Origin: an uncultured Ectothiorhodospiraceae bacterium | GTDB lineage: Bacteria > Pseudomonadota > Gammaproteobacteria > UBA9214 | Direction: 5' to 3' | NCBI GenBank assembly: GCA_947258615.1 | Contig: CAMYIX010000061.1 | Span: 1-59,184 of the forward strand | Length of the DNA: 59,184 nt | In this document: piece by piece, positions 22,639-37,230 of the stretch | Layout: each line of letters begins with the position of its first letter | Numbering within the stretch: the stretch's first letter is position 1 | Program-made: the position numbers and the translations under genes | The notes under the pieces: model-generated | What the model was told of the DNA's origin: nothing | What the model saw: the letters and a program-made list of their open reading frames with translations, nothing else | Databases searched by the model: none

Positions 22639-23799
22639 ATGGGCAATAATACCCATCCACTCCATGTAGGCATCGTCGCCGGCGAGGCCTCGGGCGACCT
22701 GCTGGGCGCCGGGCTGATCGAGGCAATACGCGAGCAGTTCCCGGATGCCCTGTTTGAGGGTATCGGTGGGCCGCGCATGCAAGAGGCGGGTTGCTTCAGC
22801 CTCTATCCCATGGAACGACTGTCGGTGATGGGGCTTGCCGAGGTCGTCAGGCATCTGCCCGGGCTGTTGTCGATGCGGCGTGAACTCGGCGCACACTTTC
22901 TGAACAATCCCCCGGACATCTTCATCGGTGTCGATGCGCCAGATTTCAACCTTGGCCTGGAGCGCAGACTCAAGCGTGGCGGGATCCGGACCCTGCATTA
23001 CGTCAGTCCTTCCGTGTGGGCATGGCGCCAGTACCGGGTGGGCAAGATCGCCCGCAGCATCGACTGTATGCTGACCCTGTTCCCGTTCGAGGAACGCTTC
23101 TACCGTGAGCATCGGTTGCCGGTGCGCTGCGTCGGCCACCCGCTGGCAGACCTGCTGGCGGACGATATCGATCAGCTGCAGGCCCGCCGGCACCTGGGGC
23201 TCGGGAGTGATGCGGGGGTGGTCGCGCTGTTGCCCGGAAGCCGTGCCGATGAGGTCAGACGCCTTGCCGGGGCATTTATCGGGGCGGCGGCCTGGTGCCG
23301 GGAACGCCGGCCGGACCTGGAGTTTGTCGTGCCGCTGGCAAACAACCGCTGCCGGGAACTGTTCGAGCAGGCACTCTCCAGGGCCCAGACCAACGTCCCG
23401 ATGACCCTGATAGAGGGCAGGTCACTGGAGGCGATGGCTGCCGCCGATGCCGTACTGCTGGCCTCCGGAACCGCGACACTCGAATGCATGCTGCTCAAGC
23501 GGCCGATGGTCGTGGCCTACCGCCTGTCATCTCTGACCTACCGGATCGCAAAGCGACTGGTGAAGACGAAGTACTACTCGCTGCCGAATCTGCTGGCGGG
23601 GCAGGCGGTGGTGAGGGAGGTGATCCAGGACGAGGTCAGCGCCGAAAACCTCGGGCGCGCGTTGATGCAGTTGCTGGACAATCCCGGCCATTCCGCCGAG
23701 ATCCGGGCGATCTTCTCGAAGATCCACGACGAACTGCGCCGCGATGCGAACCGTAGCGCGGCCCAGGTGGTGCTCGCCATGGTGGGCCAGCATGACTGA
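22639..23799 (+). CDS. lpxB: Lipid A disaccharide synthase
   Basis: [36 protein letters not shown]. Confidence 0.97.
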   Translation: MGNNTHPLHVGIVAGEASGDLLGAGLIEAIREQFPDALFEGIGGPRMQEAGCFSLYPMERLSVMGLAEVVRHLPGLLSMRRELGAHFLNNPPDIFIGVDAPDFNLGLERRLKRGGIRTLHYVSPSVWAWRQYRVGKIARSIDCMLTLFPFEERFYREHRLPVRCVGHPLADLLADDIDQLQARRHLGLGSDAGVVALLPGSRADEVRRLAGAFIGAAAWCRERRPDLEFVVPLANNRCRELFEQALSRAQTNVPMTLIEGRSLEAMAAADAVLLASGTATLECMLLKRPMVVAYRLSSLTYRIAKRLVKTKYYSLPNLLAGQAVVREVIQDEVSAENLGRALMQLLDNPGHSAEIRAIFSKIHDELRRDANRSAAQVVLAMVGQHD

Positions 23800-24385
23800 G
23801 CTGTTCGATGCTGTCCCCGGGCATGTGGCCGGTGTCGATGAGGCCGGTCGCGGGCCGCTGGCGGGTCCGGTAATCGCCGCCGCGGTCATCCTTGATCCGG
23901 CACGCCCTGTCAGCGGCCTGCGCGATTCCAAAAAACTGACCCCGACACGCCGTGATGCCCTGTTCGATGAAATCACCGCGAACGCCCTGGCCTGGGCCGT
24001 GGGGCGTGCCGATGTCGAAGAGATCGACCGCATCAATATACTCCAGGCCACACTGCTTGCCATGCGCCGCGCCGTGGAGCAGCTGGTGCCCGCGGCCGAC
24101 GCAGTCCTGGTCGATGGCAACCAGTGCCCGCAGCTGGCCTGCCCGGTGCGGGCGGTCATCAAGGGTGACGACAAGGTCGCGGCTATCAGCGCCGCCTCGA
24201 TAATCGCCAAGGTGTCGCGTGACCGTGAGATGCTCGAGCTGGACAAGCGCTACCCGGGTTACGGCCTGGCCCGCCACAAGGGCTACCCCAGCCGGATGCA
24301 TCTTGAGGCCCTGCAAAGACTGGGGGTGACGCCGATACACCGGCGTTCCTATGCGCCGGTCAGGCGAATGCTGGAGGGTGTTTAG
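23792..24385 (+). CDS. rnhB: Ribonuclease HII
   Basis: [31 protein letters not shown]; ATG 23792. Confidence 0.97.
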   Translation: MTELFDAVPGHVAGVDEAGRGPLAGPVIAAAVILDPARPVSGLRDSKKLTPTRRDALFDEITANALAWAVGRADVEEIDRINILQATLLAMRRAVEQLVPAADAVLVDGNQCPQLACPVRAVIKGDDKVAAISAASIIAKVSRDREMLELDKRYPGYGLARHKGYPSRMHLEALQRLGVTPIHRRSYAPVRRMLEGV

Positions 24386-24396
24386 GTCCCGGGGTT

Positions 24397-25500
24397 TCAG
24401 GCGCAGGCCTGAATCGGGGCTACCTTGGGCCTGCCGCAACAGGCAGTGGCACGATTGCGTCCCGACATCTTGCTTCGATAGAGTGCGCTATCGGCGTTCT
24501 CCATGAGCAGCTCCGCCCGGTCGACATTGTCGGGATAGCTGGCGATACCGATGCTGATGCTGGCAGGAAACTCCTGGCCATCGATAACCAGGGGGGTGGT
24601 TTCAATCAACTCCCGGATGCGTTCCGCGACCAGTGCCGAACCTCCGGCGTCGGTATGCGGCATGAGAACGACAAACTCATCGCCGCCATAACGTGCGACT
24701 ATATCGGCCTCCCTGACCCCCTCGCTCATCAGGCCGGCAACATGCCTGATCAGGGCGCTGCCGGTGGTGTGTCCGAACTGGTCATTCACCGCCTTGAGCC
24801 TGTCGAGGTCGATCATGAGTATGCTCAGGGGATATGAATAGCGTGCCGCCCCGGCGATTTCCTTCTCGAGGATTTCATTGAAGGCGCGCATGTTCGATAT
24901 GCCGGTCAGGTCATCTGTCTGCGACAGTTCGGTGATCCTCTTCTTGGCATTGAGGATGTCGGATGCCAGAATGGAGGTGACATAGGCCACCAGCAACAGT
25001 GGCGAGAACCTGGCCATGATGAAGGTGAATGTCTGGGCGGCAAAGATATCCGTGGAGTAGTGCTGGTAACCCATGAGCAGATAACAGCAGGCAATCAGGG
25101 CGACTTCGAGTATGGTCATGATCTTGCCCAGCGTGATGGCGCAGGCAATGACCGCAATCAGGTACAGGTTCTGCAGCGGGCTTTCGATGCCACCGGTCTG
25201 CCATACCGCAAGGGTGATAAAGCCGATCATCGCCCAGGTCTCGACCGCCAGTTTCCACGGTGTGTCCTCGATCCTTGCGCCCACGTAGCGCAGCAGCAGC
25301 ACGAACACGGCATAAGCGCTCATGATTCCGATCAGGGTGTCGGGCGCATCGATGCTGCCGGTGGGAATAAAGAAATACACCATGACGATGATGAGCATGA
25401 GCCATTGCAACTCCGCCATGCTCCGGGAGAAGCTCTTGAGCTCGTTATCCTTGCAGATCGTGGAGCAATGCAGCGGCTTGTTCAGGTTTTCTGTTGGCAT
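24397..25500 (-). CDS. Membrane-anchored diguanylate cyclase (GGDEF)
   Basis: About 5-6 N-terminal TM segments; DDLTG, VNDQFGH, RxxD I-site (READ) and YGGDEF. Confidence 0.92.
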   Translation of the reverse strand: MPTENLNKPLHCSTICKDNELKSFSRSMAELQWLMLIIVMVYFFIPTGSIDAPDTLIGIMSAYAVFVLLLRYVGARIEDTPWKLAVETWAMIGFITLAVWQTGGIESPLQNLYLIAVIACAITLGKIMTILEVALIACCYLLMGYQHYSTDIFAAQTFTFIMARFSPLLLVAYVTSILASDILNAKKRITELSQTDDLTGISNMRAFNEILEKEIAGAARYSYPLSILMIDLDRLKAVNDQFGHTTGSALIRHVAGLMSEGVREADIVARYGGDEFVVLMPHTDAGGSALVAERIRELIETTPLVIDGQEFPASISIGIASYPDNVDRAELLMENADSALYRSKMSGRNRATACCGRPKVAPIQACA

Positions 25501-25748
25501 CGGTTTGATCACAGGTACAGGATGACATACCTGTATCGGCCGCCGGCCCCACCTCTTTAACCTGCGTCAGCGGCCGGCGCCGGCCGCATGGTGACTGAAC
25601 GGGCCGCGGATCCCGCAACGCGCCGATGTCGGGCGTATACAGTTCTGATAATTTAAAGAACAAACAGTAAGATATCATACATTTCTGAAAAAATTATCTA
25701 TTCCAGACGGGACTTGAATCCCGGTCCTTAAAGCACGACACTTTTCCC

Positions 25749-28700
25749 ATGCAGACCAGCTTCGTCCACCTCCGCGTCCATAGCGAATATTCACTGGTAA
25801 ACGGTACCGTGCGGGTGCCACGCCTGGCCCGGTCTGTGGCGGACATGGGGATGCCCGCCGTGGCCGTAACGGACCAGAGCAACCTGTTTTCCATGGTCAA
25901 GTTCTACCGGGCCGCCATGGCGGCCGGTATCAAGCCGGTGGTGGGCGTGGACCTGTGGGTGGCGGACGCGGCCGCTAACGAGCAGCCGGTGCGCTTGGTC
26001 CTGTTGTGCAAACACCATGAAGGCTACCTGAATCTGACCGAACTGGTTTCGCGCACCTATACGGAGGGCCAGCACCGCGGGCACCCGGTGCTCGAAAAGT
26101 CCTGGCTGGAAGGTCACAGCGACGGCCTGATCGCCCTGTCTGGCGGGCGCGCGGGCGATATCGGCCAGGCCCTGCTGGCCAACAAGCCCGACCGGGCGCG
26201 TCGATTGCTGGACGGCTGGCGGACCCTGTTCCCCGACAGCTTCTATCTGGAATTGCAGCGTACCGGCCGTCCGGGAGAAGAGGACTATCTGCACCGTGCC
26301 GTGGGCCTGGCCGCCGAGACCGGGGTGCCGGTGGTGGCGACCAATGATGTGCACTTCATCGCGTCCACCGACTACGGGGCCCATGAGGCGCGCGTCTGCA
26401 TCAACGAGGGGCGGACACTGAATGATCCGCGCCGCTCGCGCGAGTTTACCGATCAGCAGTACCTGCGCACGCCGGAAGAGATGCGGGAACTGTTCGGTGA
26501 TCTACCCGAGGCGATCGAGAACAGCCTGGCGATCGCGCGACGTTGCAACCTGGAACTCGACCTGGGTCGCAATTACCTGCCCGATTTCCCGGTTCCTGCG
26601 GGCCTGACGATCGATGAATATTTCCGCCGCCTGGCCAGGGACGGGCTGGAGCATCGCCTGGGTGCGATCATCACCGCGGAGACGCCCGATCCGGATGCGC
26701 TGACACAGGAATACCGGGAACGCCTGGAGACCGAGATCGAGGTCATTGTCGAAATGGGTTTCCCGGGTTATTTCCTGATCGTGTCCGACTTCATCAAGTG
26801 GGCCAAGGACAACGGGGTCCCGGTCGGTCCCGGGCGCGGTTCGGGGGCCGGTTCCCTGGTCGCCTATGCCTTGCTGATCACCGACCTCGACCCGATCCGC
26901 TATGACCTGCTGTTCGAGCGCTTCCTGAATCCCGAGCGTGTATCCATGCCGGACTTCGATGTCGACTTCTGCATGGACGGCCGCGATCGGGTCATCGACT
27001 ACGTTGCGGAGCGCTACGGTCGCGATCGTGTCTCCCAGATCATCACCTACGGTTCCATGGCGGCCAAGGCCGTGGTGCGCGATGTCGGCCGCGTCCTCGG
27101 TCACCCCTATGGTTTTGTCGACCGGATTGCCAAGCTGATTCCCTTCGAGATCGGCATCACCCTCGACAAGGCCCTCGCACAGGAGGCGGCACTCAAGGAA
27201 CTCTATGAGAGCGACGAGGACGTCAGGGCGGTGATCGACCTGGCGCAGTCGCTGGAAGGCCTGGCACGCAACGCTGGCAAGCATGCCGGAGGCGTGGTGA
27301 TCGCACCCTCGCGACTGACCGACTTCACACCGCTGTACTGCGAACAGGGCAGTGACGCAGTGGTGAGCCAGTTCGACAAGGACGACGTCGAGGCCGTGGG
27401 ACTGGTCAAGTTCGACTTTCTCGGTCTGCGGACCCTGACCATCATCGACCGGGCGCTCAAGACCATCAACGCCGGGCAGGCGGAGACCGGCGAAGCCGCC
27501 GTGGACATCGCAGCCATCCCGCTGACCGACCGGCCCAGCTTCGATCTGCTCAAGGCCTGTGCCACCACCGCGATCTTCCAGCTCGAGTCCTCCGGCATGA
27601 AAGACCTGATCCGGCGCCTGCAACCGGACAGTTTCGAGGACATCGTTGCGCTGGTGGCCCTGTTCCGTCCCGGCCCACTGCAGTCAGGCATGGTGGACGA
27701 TTTCATCAAGCGCAAGCACGGTGCAAAGGTCAGTTATCCGCACCCTGACCTGGAGCCCATACTCAAGCCGACCTACGGCATCATCCTCTACCAGGAACAG
27801 GTGATGCAGATCGCCCAGGTGCTGGCCGGCTATTCGCTGGGCGGGGCCGACCTGCTGCGCCGCGCCATGGGCAAGAAGAAACCCGAGGAAATGGCCAAGC
27901 AGCGCGCCATCTTTCTCGAGGGTGCACTCAAGCGGGGTGTCGATGAAAAGGTCGCCACCCATATCTTCGACCTGATGGAAAAATTTGCCGGCTACGGGTT
28001 CAACAAGAGCCATTCCGCCGCCTATGCCCTGATCTCCTACCAGACGGCCTGGCTGAAGGCCCATTACCCGGCCGCGTTCATGGCGGCCGTACTGTCGGCG
28101 GACATGGACAACACCGACAAGATCGTCCTGCTGGTCGCCGAGTGCCGGGACATGAAACTGAAGGTCGTGCCCCCGGACGTGAACAGCTCCGACTATCATT
28201 TCACCACCCGCTCCGACAACACCATCATCTACGGGCTGGGCGCAATCAAGGGCGTCGGGCAGGCGGCGATCGAGGCCATGCTGGACGAGCGCCGCGAGCA
28301 CGGCGTTTTTGCCGACCTCTACAACCTGTGCCAGCGCGTCGATGCGCGCAAGATCAACCGCCGCGTCATGGAGGCACTGATCCGTGCCGGTGCGCTGGAC
28401 CCCATGGGTGACAGCCGCGCCACGCAGATGGCCAACCTGCCACAGGCGCTGAAACTGGCCGAACAGACCTCCCGCAATCAGGACACCGGCCAGGATGACC
28501 TGTTCGGCGAGGCCGCCGAGGTGGTGTGTACCCCGCAGGACAGGCAGCAGCTGCCGGAGTGGAACGAGGAGCAGAGACTGCTGGGCGAGAAGGAAACGCT
28601 GGGTCTGTATCTGACCGGCCACCCGATCACGCGTTACCTGGCGGAACTGGACCGGATCACCAGTGGCAGACTGGCAGCGCTGGCGGCCTCCGGGAGCGAC

Positions 28701-29249
28701 GCTCCGGGTCTGTCGGCGGGGCGTGGAAACGGGGGTGAGCGTCCCGTGACCATCGCCGGTCTGGTGATGTCCATGCGTACCCGCCGGACCCAGCGCGGTA
28801 GCAAGATTGCCTTCCTGACACTGGATGACGACAGCGCCCGTATCGAGGTGCGCGTGTTTTCCGAGGTCTTCGACAGGCACCAGGCGCTGCTCGGCAAGGA
28901 CAAGGTCCTGGTCATCAAGGGCACGCTGGGCGTGGATGACTATTCCGGCGGTAACCAGGTGACCGCCCAGGAAATCCTGGACATCAATCAGGCGCGCGAG
29001 ACCTATGCACGGCGACTGGTGGTCGGTATCGAGGCAGGGCAGGCGGGTAACGGTTTCATGCATTCGCTCGCGGATGTCCTCAAGCCGTTCCGGGAAGGCC
29101 AGTGCCGGGTCTGCATCGATTATCTCGGCGGCGCTGCCGAGGCGCGGCTTGCGCTGGGGGACGAGTGGACGGTGCATCCCACCGATGAGTTGCTGCACCG
29201 TCTGCAGGAACTGGCCGGTAACGAGCGCGTGCTGGTCGAATACAGCTGA
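25749..29249 (+). CDS. dnaE: DNA polymerase III alpha subunit
   Basis: FVHLRVHSEYS, GPGRGSGAGS, PDFDVDF, FNKSHSAAY; 1166 aa, no intein seen. Confidence 0.98.
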   Translation: MQTSFVHLRVHSEYSLVNGTVRVPRLARSVADMGMPAVAVTDQSNLFSMVKFYRAAMAAGIKPVVGVDLWVADAAANEQPVRLVLLCKHHEGYLNLTELVSRTYTEGQHRGHPVLEKSWLEGHSDGLIALSGGRAGDIGQALLANKPDRARRLLDGWRTLFPDSFYLELQRTGRPGEEDYLHRAVGLAAETGVPVVATNDVHFIASTDYGAHEARVCINEGRTLNDPRRSREFTDQQYLRTPEEMRELFGDLPEAIENSLAIARRCNLELDLGRNYLPDFPVPAGLTIDEYFRRLARDGLEHRLGAIITAETPDPDALTQEYRERLETEIEVIVEMGFPGYFLIVSDFIKWAKDNGVPVGPGRGSGAGSLVAYALLITDLDPIRYDLLFERFLNPERVSMPDFDVDFCMDGRDRVIDYVAERYGRDRVSQIITYGSMAAKAVVRDVGRVLGHPYGFVDRIAKLIPFEIGITLDKALAQEAALKELYESDEDVRAVIDLAQSLEGLARNAGKHAGGVVIAPSRLTDFTPLYCEQGSDAVVSQFDKDDVEAVGLVKFDFLGLRTLTIIDRALKTINAGQAETGEAAVDIAAIPLTDRPSFDLLKACATTAIFQLESSGMKDLIRRLQPDSFEDIVALVALFRPGPLQSGMVDDFIKRKHGAKVSYPHPDLEPILKPTYGIILYQEQVMQIAQVLAGYSLGGADLLRRAMGKKKPEEMAKQRAIFLEGALKRGVDEKVATHIFDLMEKFAGYGFNKSHSAAYALISYQTAWLKAHYPAAFMAAVLSADMDNTDKIVLLVAECRDMKLKVVPPDVNSSDYHFTTRSDNTIIYGLGAIKGVGQAAIEAMLDERREHGVFADLYNLCQRVDARKINRRVMEALIRAGALDPMGDSRATQMANLPQALKLAEQTSRNQDTGQDDLFGEAAEVVCTPQDRQQLPEWNEEQRLLGEKETLGLYLTGHPITRYLAELDRITSGRLAALAASGSDAPGLSAGRGNGGERPVTIAGLVMSMRTRRTQRGSKIAFLTLDDDSARIEVRVFSEVFDRHQALLGKDKVLVIKGTLGVDDYSGGNQVTAQEILDINQARETYARRLVVGIEAGQAGNGFMHSLADVLKPFREGQCRVCIDYLGGAAEARLALGDEWTVHPTDELLHRLQELAGNERVLVEYS

Positions 29250-29311
29250 CTTGTTTCACTACGGCGTAGACGTTACCTTTGGCGGCAGGATGTTAACGGC
29301 TGGTAAATGAC

Positions 29312-30271
29312 ATGAACCTGAATTTTCTCGAGTTCGAGCAGCCCATTGCCGAACTGGAAGCAAAGATCGATGAGCTGACCTATATCGGCGATGACGCGGA
29401 TGTCAACATCAACGATGAGGTCGCCAAGCTCAAGGCAAAGAGCAAGACACTGACAGAGTCGATCTTTTCCAGCCTGACACCCTGGCAGATCTCCCAGCTG
29501 GCGCGCCATCCGCAGCGTCCCTACACCATGGACTACCTCATCCGGGTGTTCAGTGATTTCCAGGAACTGCACGGTGACCGCTGTTTTGCCGATGACCACG
29601 CTATCATTGGCGGGGTCGCCCGGCTCGAGGGTACTCCGGTGATGGTCATCGGCCAGCAGAAGGGGCGTGACACCAAGGAGAAACTGCAGCGTAATTTCGG
29701 CATGCCGCGTCCCGAGGGTTACCGCAAGGCGCTGCGACTGATGCATATGGCGGAGCGCTTCAGGCTGCCGATCCTGACCTTCATCGACACCCCGGGGGCC
29801 TATCCCGGAATCGGCGCTGAGGAGCGCGGCCAGAGTGAGGCCATCGCGAGGAACCTGTACGTGATGTCAGGATTGCGAACCCCGGTCATCTGCACAGTCA
29901 TCGGTGAGGGGGGCTCGGGTGGCGCACTGGCCATCGGAGTCGGTGACCGGGCCCTGATGCTGCAGTACAGCACCTATTCGGTGATTTCCCCCGAGGGTTG
30001 CGCATCGATTCTCTGGAAGAGCGCTGAAAAGGCAGAGGAGGCCGCCGAGGCACTTGGCATCACCTCGAAGCGCCTCAAGGAACTCGGCCTGGTCGACCGC
30101 ATCATCGAGGAACCGCTGGGCGGCGCGCACCGTGATGTGGATACCATTGCAGAGAATATCAAGCAGGCGCTGGTCGAGGAACTGGGCCGGCTGACAACGG
30201 TCTCCATCGATGAACTGCTTGAGAGCCGCTACCAGCGCCTGATGGCCTACGGCGAGTTCACCGAGCGCTGA
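29312..30271 (+). CDS. accA: Acetyl-CoA carboxylase carboxyltransferase alpha
   Basis: [37 protein letters not shown]. Confidence 0.98.
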   Translation: MNLNFLEFEQPIAELEAKIDELTYIGDDADVNINDEVAKLKAKSKTLTESIFSSLTPWQISQLARHPQRPYTMDYLIRVFSDFQELHGDRCFADDHAIIGGVARLEGTPVMVIGQQKGRDTKEKLQRNFGMPRPEGYRKALRLMHMAERFRLPILTFIDTPGAYPGIGAEERGQSEAIARNLYVMSGLRTPVICTVIGEGGSGGALAIGVGDRALMLQYSTYSVISPEGCASILWKSAEKAEEAAEALGITSKRLKELGLVDRIIEEPLGGAHRDVDTIAENIKQALVEELGRLTTVSIDELLESRYQRLMAYGEFTER

Positions 30272-30319
30272 TCCTTGCTTGCCTGCTGACCGGTTGTACC
30301 ACCGGTCGACCCTTGACCG

Positions 30320-31660
30320 ATGTCGTTTTCTCCCGCCCGTCTTCAGCAGCAACTGCTTGACTGTCCTGAGACCGGTTGCTGCTGGGTCGCCTACAGTGGC
30401 GGCGTCGATTCCCACGTGTTGTTGCATGCCCTGGTGACGATCAGGGCGTCGCTCAACTGCCGGATCGGTGCCGTGCATGTCCATCACGGTCTGCATGAGG
30501 ATGCCGATCAATGGGAAACCCACTGCCGTGAAATCTGCAAGAACCTGGCAGTGGCGTTTGTCTCCCTGCAGGTCGATGCCCGCCATGCCACGGGGGAAAG
30601 CCCGGAGGCGGTCGCGCGCGCGGCACGCTACTCCGCGCTGCAGGAGTGGCTGCCCCCGGGGGACTGGCTGCTGACGGCGCAACATCAGGATGACCAGGCC
30701 GAGACCCTGCTGCTGCAGTTATTGCGCGGCAGCGGGGTCAGGGGCCTGGCCGCGATGCCGGCGCTGGCAGACTTCGGCGCCGGTCAGTTGCGGCGCCCCT
30801 TGCTGGATTGCAGCCGGCAGGCGCTGCTGGCCTATGCCCTGGAAAACGACCTTGAGTGGATCGATGATCCCAGCAACCAGGACACCGGGCTGGACCGTAA
30901 TTTCCTGCGCCATCGCATTGTGCCGGAACTGCGCCAGCGTTGGCCGGGCCTCTCCGGTACCCTGGCGCGGAGTGCCCGGCACTGCGCGGAGGCGGCCAGG
31001 GCGCTGGCGCAGCTGGCGGAACAGGATCTCGCCAGCGTGGCCGGGGAGGCGGCGGGTGGGCTGCGGGTTTCCGGTCTGCAGCGGCTTTCCCTGGCGCGCC
31101 GTCGTAACGCCCTGCGGCACTGGTGTATGCAGCAGTGCGGCTCGACACCCTCGACCGCCGTTGTGGAACGGATGCTCACAGATGTGCTGGCAAGCCGCGC
31201 CGATGCCGGGCCCTGCGTGCGCTGGGGCGACCACGAACTGCGGCGTTACCGTGACCAGGTCTTTCTGCTCAGGCAGCAGCCGGAAGACCTGCCCGCCGGG
31301 TTCCTTGCCTGGCAACTTCCCCGGCCGCTGGCACTGCCGGGGGGCGACGGCACCCTGAGCGTGACCAGGGAACCGGGGGTGGGGGTCCGTGCCGCGGCAG
31401 TGCCTGCCAATGTGCTACGGGTCGGCTTTCGGCGCGGTGGGGAGCGCTGCCGCCCGGCCGGGCGTCGCCACCACCATGAACTCAAGAAGCTGTTCCAGGA
31501 GCACGGGGTGCCGCCCTGGGAACGATCGCGTATTCCGCTGATCTATATTGACAATGAACTGGCCGCGGTCGCCGGGCTGTGGGTCTGTGAACCCTTTGGT
31601 GCCGGCCCGGGTGAGCCGGGGCTGGTGATTCACTGGGACAGGACACCCGTACGGGCCTGA
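30320..31660 (+). CDS. tilS: tRNA(Ile)-lysidine synthetase
   Basis: SGGVDS PP-loop, HQDDQAET, DPSN, RNFLR, VPPWER. Confidence 0.96.
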   Translation: MSFSPARLQQQLLDCPETGCCWVAYSGGVDSHVLLHALVTIRASLNCRIGAVHVHHGLHEDADQWETHCREICKNLAVAFVSLQVDARHATGESPEAVARAARYSALQEWLPPGDWLLTAQHQDDQAETLLLQLLRGSGVRGLAAMPALADFGAGQLRRPLLDCSRQALLAYALENDLEWIDDPSNQDTGLDRNFLRHRIVPELRQRWPGLSGTLARSARHCAEAARALAQLAEQDLASVAGEAAGGLRVSGLQRLSLARRRNALRHWCMQQCGSTPSTAVVERMLTDVLASRADAGPCVRWGDHELRRYRDQVFLLRQQPEDLPAGFLAWQLPRPLALPGGDGTLSVTREPGVGVRAAAVPANVLRVGFRRGGERCRPAGRRHHHELKKLFQEHGVPPWERSRIPLIYIDNELAAVAGLWVCEPFGAGPGEPGLVIHWDRTPVRA

Positions 31661-31669
31661 AGTAATTGA

Positions 31670-33418
<1,749 letters not shown>

Positions 33419-33466
33419 GACGGCGACACCCCGGATCGGTCAACCCTGCACCCGGAATCAAGCCCA

Positions 33467-34306
33467 ATGGAATTATGTGGATTCAATGCCGGTATTGACC
33501 AGCCGTTCTTTCTGATCGCCGGTCCCTGTGTCATCGAGAGCGAGGCGCTTGCCATCGACACCGCCGGACAGCTCAAGGAGATAAGCGCTGCGCTCGGTGT
33601 GCCGTTTATCTACAAGTCCTCCTATGACAAGGCCAACCGCTCGTCGTACATGAGCTTCCGCGGCCCCGGTGTCGAGGAGGGCCTGCGCATCCTGCAGCAG
33701 GTCAGGGAACAGATCGGTGTGCCGGTGCTGACCGATGTGCATGAAGATTCACCGCTCGATGAGGTCGCTGCAGTGGTCGACGTGCTGCAGACACCGGCCT
33801 TCCTGTGCCGGCAGACCAATTTCATCCAGAACGTCGCCCGGCAGGGCCGGCCGGTGAATATCAAGAAGGGCCAGTTCCTGTCGCCCTGGGACATGAAAAA
33901 CGTGGCCGACAAGGCGATAGCAACTGGCAACACCCGGGTCATGGTGTGCGAGCGGGGCGCCTCCTTCGGTTATAACAACCTGGTCTCCGACATGCGTTCG
34001 CTCGCGGTCATGCGCAACTGCGGCGTGCCGGTGGTGTTCGATGCGACCCACTCGGTCCAGCTGCCGGGCGGGCAGGGCGATCGTTCCGGCGGTCAGCGCG
34101 AATTCGTGCCGGTGCTGGCGCGGGCGGCCGTGGCCAGCGGGGTATCCGGCCTGTTCATGGAGACCCACCCCGATCCGGACCAGGCCCTGAGTGACGGCCC
34201 CAATGCCTGGCCCCTGCAGCGCATGCGCGAATTGCTGGAGACCCTGCAGGCCATCGACGCGGCGGTGAAGGCGCGGCCCTTCCCGGAGACTGCATTGATG
34301 GAGTAG
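33467..34306 (+). CDS. kdsA: KDO 8-phosphate synthase
   Basis: [30 protein letters not shown]. Confidence 0.97.
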   Translation: MELCGFNAGIDQPFFLIAGPCVIESEALAIDTAGQLKEISAALGVPFIYKSSYDKANRSSYMSFRGPGVEEGLRILQQVREQIGVPVLTDVHEDSPLDEVAAVVDVLQTPAFLCRQTNFIQNVARQGRPVNIKKGQFLSPWDMKNVADKAIATGNTRVMVCERGASFGYNNLVSDMRSLAVMRNCGVPVVFDATHSVQLPGGQGDRSGGQREFVPVLARAAVASGVSGLFMETHPDPDQALSDGPNAWPLQRMRELLETLQAIDAAVKARPFPETALME

Positions 34307-34388
34307 CAGGGCGTCCCCCGCCAGCGCCCGGACAAGGCCGATAAGAATTCGAGAAAATAACCTTAACTTATTGAAAAATGGAGATTAA

Positions 34389-35678
<1,290 letters not shown>

Positions 35679-35731
35679 TGCCGCCATGGACATACGCCTG
35701 CGCTTGAGACCTGCCGGCCACAGGCCCTGCC

Positions 35732-36001
35732 ATGAAGAACCTGATCATCGTTCTGCTGCTGTTGCTGGCGTACCTGCAGTACCGCCTTTGGACGGGTGAG
35801 GGTGGCCTGCTGGACGTCTGGGAGCTGCACCGGGAAGTCGAGGACCAGCGCCAGGAGAACGCCCGTCTACGCGAACGCAACGCGGCGCTGAATGCCGAGG
35901 TGCTCGATCTCAAGCAGGGCCTCGAGGCCCTGGAGGAACGTGCCCGGGAGGACCTGGGCATGGTCAAGGAAGGCGAGACCTTCTACCAGGTCGTGGAATG
36001 A
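35732..36001 (+). CDS. ftsB: Cell division protein FtsB
   Basis: TM helix, LQYRLW, coiled coil, EERAREDLGMVK. Confidence 0.95.
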   Translation: MKNLIIVLLLLLAYLQYRLWTGEGGLLDVWELHREVEDQRQENARLRERNAALNAEVLDLKQGLEALEERAREDLGMVKEGETFYQVVE

Positions 36002-36031
36002 GCCCGATCACGCACAACCGGGTCAGCGACC

Positions 36032-36763
36032 GTGTCTGACGGGCGTTCCGCTGACACCGCCGGTCCCCACTACTGGTGCGTGGTTCCGGCTGCCGGCAGC
36101 GGCAGCCGCATGGGTGCCGACATCCCCAAGCAGTACCTGCCCCTTGCCGGGCGCAGCGTCATCGAGCACACCCTGGACACGCTGTTCTCCTGTAGCCGCC
36201 TGTCCGGGGTGGTGCTGGCGGTGTCGGCCGATGATGGCCGCTGGGCGGAAATCCGGCCCCGCTATGCCGGGCGCAGGCTGGAGTGCGTAAGCGGCGGGGC
36301 TGAACGCGGCCACTCGGTGCTCAATGCGCTGCGTCACCTGGCGGGTCACGCCGATCCCGGGGACTGGGTGCTGGTGCACGATGCCGCACGGCCCTGCGTA
36401 CGTCTTGCCGATATCGAGACGCTGATCGCGGCCCTGCAGGATGACGCCGATGGAGGCTTGCTGGGGGTGCCGGTCTCCGACACCATGAAGCGGGTGGACC
36501 GTGATGGCCGGATCAGCGCGACCGTCGACCGCACCTCGCTGTGGCATGCACAGACACCGCAGATGTTCCGCCTCGGCCCGCTGCAGGCGGCCCTGGAACA
36601 GGCGCTGGAGCAGGGCGCCACGGTCACCGACGAGGCGTCGGCAATGGAACGGGCGGGTTGCCGGCCGCGCATGGTCCCGGGACACGCCGACAATATCAAG
36701 ATCACCGTGCCGGCCCACCTGGCGCTGGCCGAATTCTACCTGCAGGAGCGCGAGCGCACGTGA
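36032..36763 (+). CDS. ispD: MEP cytidylyltransferase
   Basis: [31 protein letters not shown]. Confidence 0.96.
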   Translation: MSDGRSADTAGPHYWCVVPAAGSGSRMGADIPKQYLPLAGRSVIEHTLDTLFSCSRLSGVVLAVSADDGRWAEIRPRYAGRRLECVSGGAERGHSVLNALRHLAGHADPGDWVLVHDAARPCVRLADIETLIAALQDDADGGLLGVPVSDTMKRVDRDGRISATVDRTSLWHAQTPQMFRLGPLQAALEQALEQGATVTDEASAMERAGCRPRMVPGHADNIKITVPAHLALAEFYLQERERT

Positions 36764-37230
36764 GGATCGGACAGGGCATTGATGCGCATGCATTCCGTCC
36801 GGGTGGCCGGCTGGTGTTGGGTGGTGTGCAGATACCCCATGAGCAGGGCCTGGAGGCACATTCGGACGGTGACGTTGTCCTGCATGCCCTGTGCGATGCC
36901 CTGCTGGGTGCCGCCGCGCTCGGTGATATCGGGCGCCATTTCCCGCCGGACGACCCGGCCTACGCAGGGATAGACAGCCGTATCCTGCTGCGCAGGGTGG
37001 TTGAACTGGTCGGCCGGGAGGGCCTGCAGATTGTCAACACCGACATCACTGTGGTGGCACAGGTGCCGCGCCTTGCCCCCTATATCAACGCCATGCGCGA
37101 GCACATCGCCGACGACCTGCAGCTGGATCACGCGCGCGTGAATATCAAGGCGACCACCACGGAACACATGGGCTTTACCGGACGCGGCGAGGGCATTGCC
37201 GCCTTTGCGGTCATCCTGCTCGACGCGTGA
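36760..37230 (+). CDS. ispF: MECDP synthase
   Basis: GTG 36760: [29 protein letters not shown]. Confidence 0.96.
   Translation: MRIGQGIDAHAFRPGGRLVLGGVQIPHEQGLEAHSDGDVVLHALCDALLGAAALGDIGRHFPPDDPAYAGIDSRILLRRVVELVGREGLQIVNTDITVVAQVPRLAPYINAMREHIADDLQLDHARVNIKATTTEHMGFTGRGEGIAAFAVILLDA

Noticed and set aside
25749-29249. Intein in dnaE
   Set aside because: Normal length and contiguous motifs; only a short Gly/Ala linker before the OB fold
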